Below, in pieces: positions 21,049 to 35,293 of a stretch of 64,000 bases of DNA. The notes beneath the pieces are model-generated. The model saw nothing but the letters and a program-made list of their open reading frames with translations, was not told the DNA's origin and did no database searches. How positions within the stretch are numbered: position 1 is the first letter of the stretch; each line of letters starts with the position of its first letter. A program made the position numbers and the translations under genes. This DNA comes from Tsukamurella paurometabola. Lineage in GTDB: Bacteria > Actinomycetota > Actinomycetes > Mycobacteriales > Mycobacteriaceae. The stretch lies in NCBI GenBank assembly GCA_040391845.1, contig JBEBXD010000005.1, positions 8,159-72,158 on the forward strand, in the 5' to 3' direction.

Positions 21049-22164
21049 ATGGCCGTGACCCTTTCTGCGACCGAGGAGGCGCCCTCCGCCGGGCCTCCGC
21101 CAGAGCGACCCGCGGCGACCTCCGGCGCCGCCCGCCGCAAACGCCGTCTGCTGGGCCTTTCGCTGCTCATCGTCCTGCTGATGGTGTCGGTGGTCGCCTC
21201 CCTGGCGATCGGTTCCCGCAGCCTCGCACCGTCTCTGGTGTGGGACGGGCTGTGGCACAGCTACACCACGGGCGCGAACCCGCCCGACCCCGACCTGAAC
21301 CAGGCCGCGATCATCGTGCAGACGCTGCGCGTGCCGCGCACCCTGCTCGCGCTCATCGCCGGTGCCGCCCTGGCGGTCGCGGGCGCACTGATCCAGGGCC
21401 ACACCCGCAACCCCGTCGCCGACCCCGGCTTCCTGGGCCTCACCCAGGGTGCGGCGTTCGCGGTGGTGTGCGCGACGTTCGTCGGCGGGCTCACCGATCC
21501 GATCCAGTACGTGTGGTTCGCGTTCGCGGGAACCGCGGTCACCGCGATCCTCGTGTTCGGGATCGCGAGCGTGGGGCGCGGCGTCGCATCGCCGCTGACG
21601 CTGGTGCTCGCCGGCATGGGTGTCGCGATGTTCCTCAGTTCGATGACCTCGGCGATCGCCCTCAGCGACAACGCCTCCCTCGACACCCTGCGGTTCTGGA
21701 ACGCGGGCGCCGTCGTCGGCCGCAACTTCGATTTCGTCGGCTGGCTCACGGTGGTGGTCCCCATCGGGATCGGCCTCGTCCTGGCTCTGGCGAACGGCCC
21801 CGCGGTGAACCTGCTGAACATGGGCGACGATGTGGCCAAGGGACTGGGCCTGAACATCAACCTGGCCCGCACCGTCGGCATCATCGCGGTCACCCTGCTC
21901 GTCGGCGCCGCCACCGCGGCGTGCGGCAGCATCTCCTTCCTCGGCCTGATGGTGCCGCACATCGTGCGGTACTTCACCGGCCCCGACTACCGCTGGCTGC
22001 TGCCCTACTCGGCGCTGATGGGGGCCTGGCTGCTGCTGGCCGCCGACATCGTGGGCCGCGTGGTCGCCCGGCCAGGGGAGCTCGAGGTGGGCATCGTGGT
22101 CGCGCTGTTCGGCGCACCGTTCTTCGTGGCTCTCGTCTGGTGGCGGAAGGCGGTCAAGGTATGA
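21049..22164 (+). CDS. FecCD-family iron-siderophore ABC permease
   Basis: 371-aa polytopic protein. RVPRTLLALIAGAALAVAGALIQ and the C-terminal FGAPFF are typical FecCD motifs. Confidence 0.9.
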   Translation: MAVTLSATEEAPSAGPPPERPAATSGAARRKRRLLGLSLLIVLLMVSVVASLAIGSRSLAPSLVWDGLWHSYTTGANPPDPDLNQAAIIVQTLRVPRTLLALIAGAALAVAGALIQGHTRNPVADPGFLGLTQGAAFAVVCATFVGGLTDPIQYVWFAFAGTAVTAILVFGIASVGRGVASPLTLVLAGMGVAMFLSSMTSAIALSDNASLDTLRFWNAGAVVGRNFDFVGWLTVVVPIGIGLVLALANGPAVNLLNMGDDVAKGLGLNINLARTVGIIAVTLLVGAATAACGSISFLGLMVPHIVRYFTGPDYRWLLPYSALMGAWLLLAADIVGRVVARPGELEVGIVVALFGAPFFVALVWWRKAVKV

Positions 22165-23249
22165 GCATCACCCTCGACAAGGCGGGCGAGCGCAGACCCC
22201 CGATCAGGCCGGGCCTGCGGTTCGGCAACGTCGTCTCGTTCGTGTGGCGGCCCTGGCCCGTGACCGTGACCGTGATCCTCGCGGCGGTGGCGTTCGTCGC
22301 GTTCTGCGCGAGCATCCGCCTCGGCGCCTTCCCGATGTCCTTCGGCGACGTGCTGCGGGCGCTCATCGGCACCGGCGATTCGACGACGCACTTCATCGTC
22401 ATGGACCTGCGCATGCCCCGCGCGCTGGTCGGGCTGCTCGTGGGGGCCGCGCTGGGCATGTCCGGCGCCATCGTGCAGTCCATCGCACGAAACCCCCTGG
22501 CCAGCCCGGACATCCTCGGCGTCACCGCCGGCGCCGGCGTGGCAGCGGTCTTCCTGGTGACCTCCACCGGCACCCTGGCCGCGACACTCAACAACGATTT
22601 CGGGCTGCCCGTGGTCGCCGTGGTCGGCGGTCTCGCGACGGGCGCCCTGGTCTACCTGCTGGCCATCCGCGGCGGAGTCGACGGTATGCGGTTGATCCTC
22701 GTGGGTATCGCCATCACCTTCCTCATGCGCGCCCTTGTCGACTGGATGCTGGTGCGCGCCGACATCCGGGACGTGGCGCGGGCGCAGACCTGGCTGGTGG
22801 GCTCGCTCGAGAGCCGCGACTGGGGCGACGTGTGGACCGCGCTGGGGCTGGGCGCTCCGGCGGCGCTCCTCGCGCTCGCCGCGGCCTTCCCGCTGCGTGC
22901 GGTGCAACTCGGCGACGACGTGGCGCTCGGCCTCGGCGTGCGGCTCGGCCGCAACCGGGCGATCCTGCTCATCGCGTCGGTGCTGCTCGCCGCGGCGGGC
23001 GTCGCCGCGGCGGGCCCCATCGGATTTATCGCCTTCGTCTCCCCGCAGCTCGCGATGCGCCTGACCAGGCTCCCCACGCCGCCGCTGATCCCGTCGGCGA
23101 TCATGGGCGCGGCGCTGCTCTCCTGCGCGGATCTCGCGGCCCGCACGCTGTTCTCCGTTGCGCTGCCGGTGGGCATCGTCACCGCCGCCGTGGGCGGCCC
23201 GTTCCTCGTCTATCTCCTCATCCGCCAGAACCTCAAGGGGGCCAAGTGA
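22161..23249 (+). CDS. FecCD-family iron-siderophore ABC permease (second subunit)
   Basis: ATG 22161 overlaps the upstream stop as ATGA. MSITLDKAG...RMPRALVGLLVGAALGMSGAIVQ...VGGPFLVYLL. It lies inside the longer track ORF 21240..23249. Confidence 0.9.
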   Translation: MSITLDKAGERRPPIRPGLRFGNVVSFVWRPWPVTVTVILAAVAFVAFCASIRLGAFPMSFGDVLRALIGTGDSTTHFIVMDLRMPRALVGLLVGAALGMSGAIVQSIARNPLASPDILGVTAGAGVAAVFLVTSTGTLAATLNNDFGLPVVAVVGGLATGALVYLLAIRGGVDGMRLILVGIAITFLMRALVDWMLVRADIRDVARAQTWLVGSLESRDWGDVWTALGLGAPAALLALAAAFPLRAVQLGDDVALGLGVRLGRNRAILLIASVLLAAAGVAAAGPIGFIAFVSPQLAMRLTRLPTPPLIPSAIMGAALLSCADLAARTLFSVALPVGIVTAAVGGPFLVYLLIRQNLKGAK

Positions 23250-24103
23250 CCACCACCGACTCCATGCGGAAGGGGCCGTCGGACGGCGCGGCGACCGCAC
23301 CGTCGCGCCTGGGCGCCCGCAACGTCACCTCCGGATACGGGCACGTCACCGTCCTCGACGACCTGCACCTGGACATCCCCACGGGGGTGGTCACCACCAT
23401 CATCGGCCCCAACGGGTGCGGCAAGTCGACGCTGCTGCGCACCCTGGCCCGCCTGATCAAGCCGTCCTCCGGCCATGTGGTGCTCGACGGTGCGGACATC
23501 GCCAGGCTCAAGTCCAAGCAGATCGCCACCACCATGGGCCTGCTGCCGCAGAGCCCGCTCGCCCCTGAGGGTTTGACGGTGGGCGACCTGGTGGCCCGCG
23601 GCCGGCACCCGCACCAGTCGTGGCTGCGGCAGTGGAGCTCCGACGACGCCGAGGTGGTCGACGCCGCGCTCGAGCAGACCGGCGTGCGGGACCTGGCGGA
23701 CCGCCCCGTCGACTCGCTCTCCGGCGGACAGCGGCAGCGGGTGTGGATCTCGATGACGCTCGCGCAGGGCACCGACCTGCTCCTGCTCGACGAGCCCACC
23801 ACCTACCTCGACCTCTCGCACGCCCTCGACGTGCTCGACCTGGTGGACGAGCTCAGCGGGCAGGGGCGCACCGTCGTCATGGTGCTGCACGACCTGAACC
23901 TCGCGATCCGGTACAGCGACCACATCATCGCCATGCGCGACGGTGCCGTGGTCGCGCAGGGCACGCCCGCCGAGGTGATCAGCGAGCAGATGCTCCGCGA
24001 GACGTTCGGGCTGCATTCCAAGGTGATCGACGACCCCGTCGCCCCCGGCCGGCCGTGCATCATCCCGATCGGTTCCCGCCGCACGGAGTCCGCCGCCCCG
24101 TAG
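23246..24103 (+). CDS. Iron-siderophore ABC transporter ATP-binding protein (FecE/FepC-like)
   Basis: GTG 23246 overlaps the upstream stop as GTGA. Motifs are GPNGCGKSTLL, LSGGQRQRV and LLLDEPTTYLD. ATG 23264 is an alternative start. Confidence 0.9.
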   Translation: MTTTDSMRKGPSDGAATAPSRLGARNVTSGYGHVTVLDDLHLDIPTGVVTTIIGPNGCGKSTLLRTLARLIKPSSGHVVLDGADIARLKSKQIATTMGLLPQSPLAPEGLTVGDLVARGRHPHQSWLRQWSSDDAEVVDAALEQTGVRDLADRPVDSLSGGQRQRVWISMTLAQGTDLLLLDEPTTYLDLSHALDVLDLVDELSGQGRTVVMVLHDLNLAIRYSDHIIAMRDGAVVAQGTPAEVISEQMLRETFGLHSKVIDDPVAPGRPCIIPIGSRRTESAAP

Positions 24104-24120
24104 CGCTCGCCCCGCCGCGT

Positions 24121-24206
24121 CCCTAGCGGGGCGTGCTGCGCCTCCGCGTGGCGTGCATTCCCCCTGTCCATGGACATGGGGAGGTGGCCGCCCCTATAGG
24201 GAGCGC
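24121..24206. repeat. Double-palindrome intergenic repeat, copy A
   Basis: The core at 24152-24206 is CGTGCATTCCCCCTGTCCATGGACATGGGGAGGTGGCCGCCCCTATAGGGAGCGC. A CCCTAGCGGG box sits at 24121-24130. It matches the reverse complement of 29577-29662. Confidence 0.85.
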
Positions 24207-24240
24207 GGCAGGGTGGGGCGCGAGGTGAGCGGTCGCCGGG

Positions 24241-26616
<2,376 letters not shown>

Positions 26617-27597
26617 TCACCCCTCGTACTTCGCGGCCGGCGCTGACCAGACCTGGCCGAGCGACGGGGCGAACCACTGGTTGTACAGCCGCATCCACGT
26701 CCCGTCGAAGGCCATGCGCAGAAGCACCGCATTGATGAAACGCACCAGGTCGGTCCGTTTCTTCCCGACCCCGACCGCGTAGTACTCGAACCCCAGCGAC
26801 GGGCCGGTGATCGTCAGGTTCGGATCCTGGTCCTCGAGCCCCGCGAGGATGGCGTCGTCGGTGGAGACGGCGTCGACCTGCGACTGCTGCAGCATCACCA
26901 GGCAGTCCGACCAGGAATCCGCCGCGAGCACCGTGGCGCTGGGAACCAGGCGGCGGATCCGGTCCAGCGAGGTGGTGCCGCGCACCTCGCACACCCTGCG
27001 CCCCGACAGGTCGCCGACGGTGTTGATGGGGGCGCCGCGCGGCGCCAGGATCCTCTGCTGGGCGATGAAGTAGGTGGCGGAGAAGGCCACCGACTTCGCG
27101 CGCTCGCAGGTGGACGACATCGTCTTGACCACGACGTCGACGGTGCCGTCCTCGAGCGCCTTCTGCCGCTCGGCGGTCGGGAGGATCCGGAAGTGGATGC
27201 GGTCGGGATCGCCGAAGACGGCGGCGGCGATCTGGTGCGCGATGTCGACGTCGAAGCCCTTGATCTCCCCCGTGATCGGGTCGCGGAAGGAGAGCAGGTT
27301 CGAGCCGATGTCGATACCCACGATGAGCCGGCCGCGGTCGTGGATCTCCGCCATCGTGGTGCCCGGCACCATCTGGCCCGGCGCCGGCAGGGGCGACGGT
27401 GACGGCGTGGCCGTGCACATCGACACCTCCCCGGGGATCGGGGCGTCGGGCGGCACCACGGCGGCCGAGCCGGGGATGGGCTGCGCCACGGCGGTCACCG
27501 CATCGCCGGGGGCGTCGGGCGCGGAGACCACGCACCCCGTCGAGGTGAGTGCGACGGCGAGTGCGACGGCCACGGGGCCCAAGGTCCTACGCATCAT
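26617..27597 (-). CDS. glnH: Amino-acid (Glu/Asp/Gln)-binding lipoprotein GlnH
   Basis: The start ATGATG at 27597 overlaps the glnX stop. It has a lipobox (ALTSTGC) and a family-3 solute-binding domain (GFDVDIAHQIA...). pknG begins 6 nt after its stop. Confidence 0.88.
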   Translation of the reverse strand: MMRRTLGPVAVALAVALTSTGCVVSAPDAPGDAVTAVAQPIPGSAAVVPPDAPIPGEVSMCTATPSPSPLPAPGQMVPGTTMAEIHDRGRLIVGIDIGSNLLSFRDPITGEIKGFDVDIAHQIAAAVFGDPDRIHFRILPTAERQKALEDGTVDVVVKTMSSTCERAKSVAFSATYFIAQQRILAPRGAPINTVGDLSGRRVCEVRGTTSLDRIRRLVPSATVLAADSWSDCLVMLQQSQVDAVSTDDAILAGLEDQDPNLTITGPSLGFEYYAVGVGKKRTDLVRFINAVLLRMAFDGTWMRLYNQWFAPSLGQVWSAPAAKYEG

Positions 27598-28931
27598 CGG
27601 TACTCCCTGACTCGCGGGTAGAAGCCCACCGCCACACCGGCGGCGGCGACCACGCACAGCAGGAAGGCGCCGGGGCCGGAGAAGGCGATGGCGAACCGGG
27701 CGGTGTTCACGTTGTCCCGGTACAGCGTGCGGGCCCGGTCGATGGCGGCGGTCAGGTGATCGTCGAGCGAACGGTAGGCGACGGCGGCGGAGCCGGGGTC
27801 GGTGCCGATCGCGAGCCGCGTCGCGCCCAGGTAGTCGCCGGTGGCCTCGCGCGCCGCGATCTGCTGGTGCGCGGTCACCCAGCGCTGCGCATCGCCGCGC
27901 GCCGCGGCGACGGCGGCCGCGATCTGTGGGTCGGAATCGCCGACGGCGGCGAGGTCGCGCTCGGCGCTCTGCAGGGTGTCCGCGAAGGCGGACGCCGGCA
28001 CGCCGCGCCCCGCCCCGCGCTGCACCAGCGCCATGGTCTCCATCGATCGGGCCTTCTGGGTCAGGGTGCGGGCCTGGGAGAGCGCGTCCACCGCGGCGGT
28101 CCCGCGCTGCTCGGCGCGGATCGAGTAGGTGGAGGAGGTGAGCCCCGCGACCATCACCCACATCATCGCGATGGTGAGGGTGGCGGCGGCCACCACCAGC
28201 CCGCGGTTCACCCGGCGCTGCGTGCGCCGCGCGAGGTACTGGTGGGTCAGGACGAGCGAGGCGAGGGCGACGACGAGCACCCCGTAGACGCCCCACGGGG
28301 GTGAGGCGAACTGGCCGTGGGTGCGCCGCAGGTTCTCGGTCTCCTCGCGGTAGAAGCTCTCCGCCGCCGGGAGCAGGGTGTCCTGCATGAGCGTCGAGGC
28401 CGTCGCGAGATAGGCGGCGGCGACGGAGTTGTCGAGCCGGTTGTTGGTGCGCGCCGTCTCGACCAGCCCGGTGTACACGGGCAGGTTCATGGCGATCGTG
28501 TCGAGGTTGTCGTGGGCGCGCCCGTCGTCGGCGGGCAGGCTGGTGGCGGACGTGATGAGCGCCTTGCCCGCCGTGGCCAGGGCGATGCTGTAGCTGTTCT
28601 GGATCTCGTCCGACGGGAGTCCCCCGGCGACGAACGCGGCGTTGGCGGACTCGTTCGCCGCGGAGAGGGAGCTGTAGAGCACCTGCGAGGCGTGTGCGCG
28701 CGGCTCGTAGTCGGAGAGGTTCTGCTCCAGCACCTCGGTGCGCGAGAGCTGCGCCGCGGAGGTGAACCACCCGGAGAACACGCACATGGTGATGAGTACC
28801 AGCGCCATCGAGACCAGCTTGCCGGGACTGGACGTGAAGAACTCCCGCAGCTCCGCGAAGACCGACGATTCGGGGAAGGAGCGGAGGCGCAGTGACGACA
28901 GCTGTCGATACTTCGACGCCTGGGCTGTCAC
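27594..28931 (-). CDS. glnX: Integral membrane protein, Rv0412c/GlnX-like
   Basis: Track ORF 27594..28988 starts with TTG. I prefer GTG 28931 because GGGAAGGAG lies 6 nt upstream. Hydrophobic helices flank long helical extracytoplasmic segments. It is the first gene of the glnX-glnH-pknG operon. Confidence 0.75.
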   Translation of the reverse strand: MTAQASKYRQLSSLRLRSFPESSVFAELREFFTSSPGKLVSMALVLITMCVFSGWFTSAAQLSRTEVLEQNLSDYEPRAHASQVLYSSLSAANESANAAFVAGGLPSDEIQNSYSIALATAGKALITSATSLPADDGRAHDNLDTIAMNLPVYTGLVETARTNNRLDNSVAAAYLATASTLMQDTLLPAAESFYREETENLRRTHGQFASPPWGVYGVLVVALASLVLTHQYLARRTQRRVNRGLVVAAATLTIAMMWVMVAGLTSSTYSIRAEQRGTAAVDALSQARTLTQKARSMETMALVQRGAGRGVPASAFADTLQSAERDLAAVGDSDPQIAAAVAAARGDAQRWVTAHQQIAAREATGDYLGATRLAIGTDPGSAAVAYRSLDDHLTAAIDRARTLYRDNVNTARFAIAFSGPGAFLLCVVAAAGVAVGFYPRVREYR

Positions 28932-29054
28932 CGTGTGCTCCTTCCCTTGCATCGCACCCATCGGCCGGGGTCGGGCCACTGCGGACAACGTGCCTTCGAC
29001 CCTATCGCCGACCCCCGGTCGTCGTCGCGCACGACGCGCTTCGTCGTCGCCCCG

Positions 29055-29555
29055 ATGGCCCGGTGTTCGGCTACGGTGGGTGGCGTGTTGGGTGACGGGA
29101 ACGGCTGGGTCCGCGACCCGGACGGGTCCCGGTTCTGGGGCCGGTTCGGCGCCGCGGGTCTGTTGGCTCTGTCGCAGGACGAGAGCCGGGTGTTACTGCA
29201 GCACCGCGCGTGGTGGAGTCATCAGGGCGGCACGTGGGCGCTGCCGGGCGGCGCCCGCGATTCGCACGAGTCCGCCGCCGACGCCGCGCTCCGCGAGGCC
29301 TTCGAGGAGACGGGCCTGCCGCCCACCGCGCTCGAGGTGCTGTCCGAGGTGGTCACCGCCCGCTCGGCGGTCGGCTGGACCTATACGACGGTGCTGGCCC
29401 GTCTCGTCGAGCCGCGCGAACTGGTGCCCAACGAGGAGTCGACCGCCCTGGAATGGGTGAGCCTCGGCGCCGTCTCCGACCGCAAGCTGCATCCCGCCTT
29501 CGCGGCCGCCTGGCCGGACCTGCAGGCGCATGTGCGCGCCGTCGCCGAAGGCTAG
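29055..29555 (+). CDS. mutT3: NUDIX hydrolase (MutT3-like)
   Basis: Nudix box GGARDSHESAADAALREAFEETGL. The start is uncertain: candidates are ATG 29055, GTG 29085, or the track GTG 28935, whose extra N-terminus looks non-protein-like. Confidence 0.8.
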   Translation: MARCSATVGGVLGDGNGWVRDPDGSRFWGRFGAAGLLALSQDESRVLLQHRAWWSHQGGTWALPGGARDSHESAADAALREAFEETGLPPTALEVLSEVVTARSAVGWTYTTVLARLVEPRELVPNEESTALEWVSLGAVSDRKLHPAFAAAWPDLQAHVRAVAEG

Positions 29556-29576
29556 CCCCGCCGGCTTCCTCCTCCT

Positions 29577-29662
29577 GCGCTCCCTATAGGGGCGGCCACC
29601 TCCCCCTGTCCATGGACATGGGGAATGCACGACGCGCGGTGGTGGAGCACCGCCCGCTAGGG
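29577..29662. repeat. Double-palindrome intergenic repeat, copy B (inverted relative to copy A)
   Basis: The core at 29577-29631 is GCGCTCCCTATAGGGGCGGCCACCTCCCCCTGTCCATGGACATGGGGAATGCACG. Its reverse complement matches copy A at 53/55 positions. CCCGCTAGGG at 29653-29662 mirrors CCCTAGCGGG with the same 21-nt spacing. Confidence 0.85.
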
Positions 29663-29674
29663 CGAGCCGCGGGA

Positions 29675-30346
29675 TCAGGCGGGGGCGAGGGCGGCCTTGA
29701 GGGCGCGGGCGGCGGCCTCGGGCTGGGGGGCCTCGGTGATGGCGCGGACCACCACGATCGCGGAGGCGCCGGCGGCGGTCACCTCGGGAACGCGCGGCAG
29801 GTCGATGCCGCCGATCGCGAACCACGTCCGGGCGGGGGCGGCTGCGGCGGTCTCGGCGACCAGCGCAAGGCCGGGCGCGGGCCGGCCGGGCTTGGTGGGG
29901 GTCGGCCAGCACGGACCGGTGCAGAAGTAGTCGACCCCCTCCTCCGCGGCGGCCGCGCGGGCCTGCGCACCGTCGTGCGTGGAACGCCCGATGACGACGT
30001 CCGGCCCCACGATCGCGCGGGCCACCGGCACCGGCAGGTCGTCCTGCCCGAGGTGCAGTACGTCGGCGCGGGCCGCGACGGCGATATCGGCGCGGTCGTT
30101 CACGGCGACGAGCGCACCGTGCGCGTGCGCGATGTCCCGCAGCTGCGCCACGATCTCGATCTCCTGCGCCGCCTCCAGCGCCCCGAACTCGCGTTCCCCG
30201 GCCGAGCCCTTGTCGCGCAACTGCACGATATCGACGCCGCCGCGCAGCGCCGCTGCCACGAAGGCCGCGAGATCGCCGCGCTCGCGGCGGGCGTCGGTGC
30301 ACAGGTACAGGGAGGCGGAGCCGAGGCGCTCGCGGGGGGAGATCAT
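29675..30346 (-). CDS. thiE: Thiamine-phosphate synthase
   Basis: Track ORF 29675..30391. I prefer ATG 30346 ([18 protein letters not shown]...[11 protein letters not shown]...GIGG), which are ThiE motifs. Confidence 0.9.
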   Translation of the reverse strand: MISPRERLGSASLYLCTDARRERGDLAAFVAAALRGGVDIVQLRDKGSAGEREFGALEAAQEIEIVAQLRDIAHAHGALVAVNDRADIAVAARADVLHLGQDDLPVPVARAIVGPDVVIGRSTHDGAQARAAAAEEGVDYFCTGPCWPTPTKPGRPAPGLALVAETAAAAPARTWFAIGGIDLPRVPEVTAAGASAIVVVRAITEAPQPEAAARALKAALAPA

Positions 30347-30387
30347 GGCCCCAGCGTAGGCCCGGCGGAGTAGGCTGGCCCACGTAC

Positions 30388-30500
30388 ACACACGGGAGCT
30401 CCGGGTCCGCGCAGCGGGAACGAGGGGCTGAGAGTGGGGCGCGAGCCGTCCCTGACCGTCAGACCTGATCCGGGTAATGCCGGCGAAGGAAGGATCTCTT
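30388..30500 (+). promoter_or_regulatory. TPP (THI-box) riboswitch upstream of thiO-thiS-thiG
   Basis: GGGAGCTC...GGGGCTGAGAG...ACCTGATCCGGGTAATGCCGGCGAAGGAAG holds the conserved CUGAGA and ACCUGAUCYGGNUAAUGCCNGCG cores of the TPP aptamer. It ends 6 nt before the thiO ATG. Confidence 0.85.
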
Positions 30501-30505
30501 CAGGC

Positions 30506-31533
30506 ATGAATCGGACTGTCTCGATCGTGGGCGGCGGCACCATCGGCCTGACCGTCGCATGGACCCTGGCGCGGCGCGGGGCCGACGTCACCGTGCTCGA
30601 TCCGCAGCCCGGGTCGGGCGCCTCCTGGGTGGCGGGCGGCATGATCGCCCCCTACTCGGAGGCGTGGCCCGGCGAGGAGGAGCTGTACCGCCTCAGTGTC
30701 GAATCCCTGGGCCTCTGGGAGGGTTTCGCGCAGGAGCTGCAGCCCTTCGCCGACGGTCCGCTGATCACCGCCCGGGGCGCCGTCCACCTCGCGGTGGACG
30801 AGGGCGACGCCGCGGAACTCGACACCGTGGCCGCCGCGGTGGGCGACGCCGCGTGCTTCGGGCCGATGCGTCCCTCGGCCGTCCCGCGCGCGGTACCCGG
30901 TGCCGCGCCGCGCATCCGGGCCGCCGCCTGGGCGCCGACGGAGATCGCCGTCGACAACCGCCTGCTGCACGACGCGCTGCGGGCCGCGTGCGTCGCGGAG
31001 GGCGTCGCCTTCCGTCCCGAGGAGGTCGACGGTGCCGACGCGCTCGACGACGTTTCCGGCGACGCCGTGATCCTCTGCGCGGGAGTGGGTTCCGCGAGTC
31101 TCGAGCCGGAGTTGGGTGTGCGCCCGGTCAAGGGTGAAGTGGTGCGGCTGCGGCGCGGCCCGGGAAGCCTCCCCCCGCCGACGGTGACGGTGCGCGCGCG
31201 GGTCCGCGGCCGCCAGGTGTACGTGGTGCCGCGCGCCGACGGGGTGGTCGTGGGCGCGACGCAGTACGAGAACGACCGCGACCTGGGGGTGCGCATCGGG
31301 CCCGTGGTGGAGCTGCTCGACGACGCCTTCACCGTGCTGCCTTTCCTGCGCGAGTACGAGGTGATCGAGGCGCGCGCGGGACTGCGGCCCACGACGGCGG
31401 ACAACCTGCCCGTGATCGCCCCGCTGCGCGGGCGGCTGTTCGCGGCCACCGGGCACGGGCGGGGCGGAGTGCTGCTCGCGCCCGTGACGGGCGCGCGAGC
31501 GACGGATATGGTTCTTGGACAGGAGGTACACGC

Positions 31534-31543
<10 letters not shown>
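30506..31543 (+). CDS. thiO: Glycine oxidase ThiO (FAD-dependent)
   Basis: ATG 30506 gives MNRTVSIVGGGTIGLTVAWTLARRG, a Rossmann GxGxxG motif. It belongs to the DAO family and lies upstream of thiS-thiG. The track ORF start 30434 would run through the riboswitch. Confidence 0.88.
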
Positions 31544-33929
<2,386 letters not shown>

Positions 33930-33940
33930 AATCTTCAACC

Positions 33941-35290
33941 ATGTCGGTAACCGAGTCGGGGGTAGCGGGGGAACGCAGGCCGCGTCGCGGCCGCCCGCCG
34001 TCGATCGGGCTGGCCGAACGCCGCCGCGACGAGCTGACGGACGCGGCCTTCGCCGTGTTCGCCGAACAGGGATACGAGCAGGCGTCCGTGGCCGATATCG
34101 CCAAGCGCGCGGGCATCGGTCAGGGCACGCTGTACCGCTACGTCGAGGGCAAACGCGAGCTGCTCGACCTCGTCTTCGACCGGTGCGTGGACGAACTGAT
34201 GACCGCGATCGGGCCGGACGCCGTGGTGGACGTGACCGCGAGCGGCGACCTCGAGGCCACCGAGCACATGGTCGAGGACGTGGCCGGCCGGCTGTTCGAG
34301 CTGATCGACTCCCGACCGGACATCCTCAACGTGGTGCTGGTGAAATCGGGCACCGTTGACGAGGAACTGCGATTCCGGATCCAGGGGCTGTACCAGAGCT
34401 TCGACTCCATGATGGCGCGCGCGCTGGGCCATGCCCGCGACCGGGGCTGGATCATCACCCGCACCGAGCACCCCGAGACCGAGACCGTGCACCTCGGCCG
34501 CCTGCTCCCCGCACTCGGCGTCCCCGGCCTGGTGATGGCGCTCACCGGCGCCGACGATCCCGAGCGGAGGAGGGCCTACGTGCGTGCCGCGGTGCGGATG
34601 TCGGCGCGCGGGATCCTCTCCGGCGAGGCCCGCTCGGCGCTGGCCGCGGTGGTATCCCAGGAGACGGTGAACATCCCTGCCGCGGAGGATGTCCCGGAGA
34701 CGGGGCGGGCCGCGGAGCTGCTCGCCGCGGCGATCGCGGAGTTCGTGGACAAGGGGTACGCCGCGGTCGGCGTCCGGGAGATCACCGAGCGCGCCGGCGT
34801 GAGCCACGGCACGTTCTACAACTACTTCGACAGCAAGCGGCACATGCTCACCGTGCTCATCGAGCGGAACCGGGCGCGGCTCCTCGGCCGGTTGGACGCG
34901 ACGATCGCCGCGCTCCCCGCGGAGCTCACCGCGGACGGGCTCGAGCGGACGGTGCTCGCCGTCAACCATGAAGCGGTGCTGGACATCGCGGAGCGGCTGG
35001 ACGAGTTCCGGGTCCTCGCCCTCGAGGTGCCCGGGGTGGACGAGGACGCCCTCGACACGTACCTGGTTCTCTACCGCGAGGCGGTCGCGCGGTTCACCGC
35101 GATCCTCGACGGTGCGCGCCGGGCCGGGCTGCTGCACGGGCGCCTCGACACCGCCGACATCGCGGAGGCATGGATGGGCTACGTGCTCGGCACCACGGCC
35201 GCGATGATCAACGACGTGGACGTCACGAGCCCCGCCGAGAGTGCTCGTGTGGTTACGAATCTACTTCTCGGCGGGGCGCGCCGGGCCTGA
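33941..35290 (+). CDS. TetR-family regulator with two tandem TetR modules
   Basis: ATG 33941 lies 11 nt after the UbiB-like stop. The first HTH is FAEQGYEQASVADIAKRAGIGQGTLYRYVEGK and the second is FVDKGYAAVGVREITERAGVSHGTFYNYFDSK. Total length is 449 aa. Confidence 0.8.
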   Translation: MSVTESGVAGERRPRRGRPPSIGLAERRRDELTDAAFAVFAEQGYEQASVADIAKRAGIGQGTLYRYVEGKRELLDLVFDRCVDELMTAIGPDAVVDVTASGDLEATEHMVEDVAGRLFELIDSRPDILNVVLVKSGTVDEELRFRIQGLYQSFDSMMARALGHARDRGWIITRTEHPETETVHLGRLLPALGVPGLVMALTGADDPERRRAYVRAAVRMSARGILSGEARSALAAVVSQETVNIPAAEDVPETGRAAELLAAAIAEFVDKGYAAVGVREITERAGVSHGTFYNYFDSKRHMLTVLIERNRARLLGRLDATIAALPAELTADGLERTVLAVNHEAVLDIAERLDEFRVLALEVPGVDEDALDTYLVLYREAVARFTAILDGARRAGLLHGRLDTADIAEAWMGYVLGTTAAMINDVDVTSPAESARVVTNLLLGGARRA

Positions 35291-35293
35291 CGC

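Noticed and set aside
28935-29054. N-terminal extension of the NUDIX gene from the track start GTG 28935
   Set aside because: The extra 40 residues (MLLPLHRTHRPGSGHCGQRAFDPIADPRSSSRTTRFVVAP) look non-protein-like. They would also abut or overlap the divergent glnX start, leaving no promoter space.
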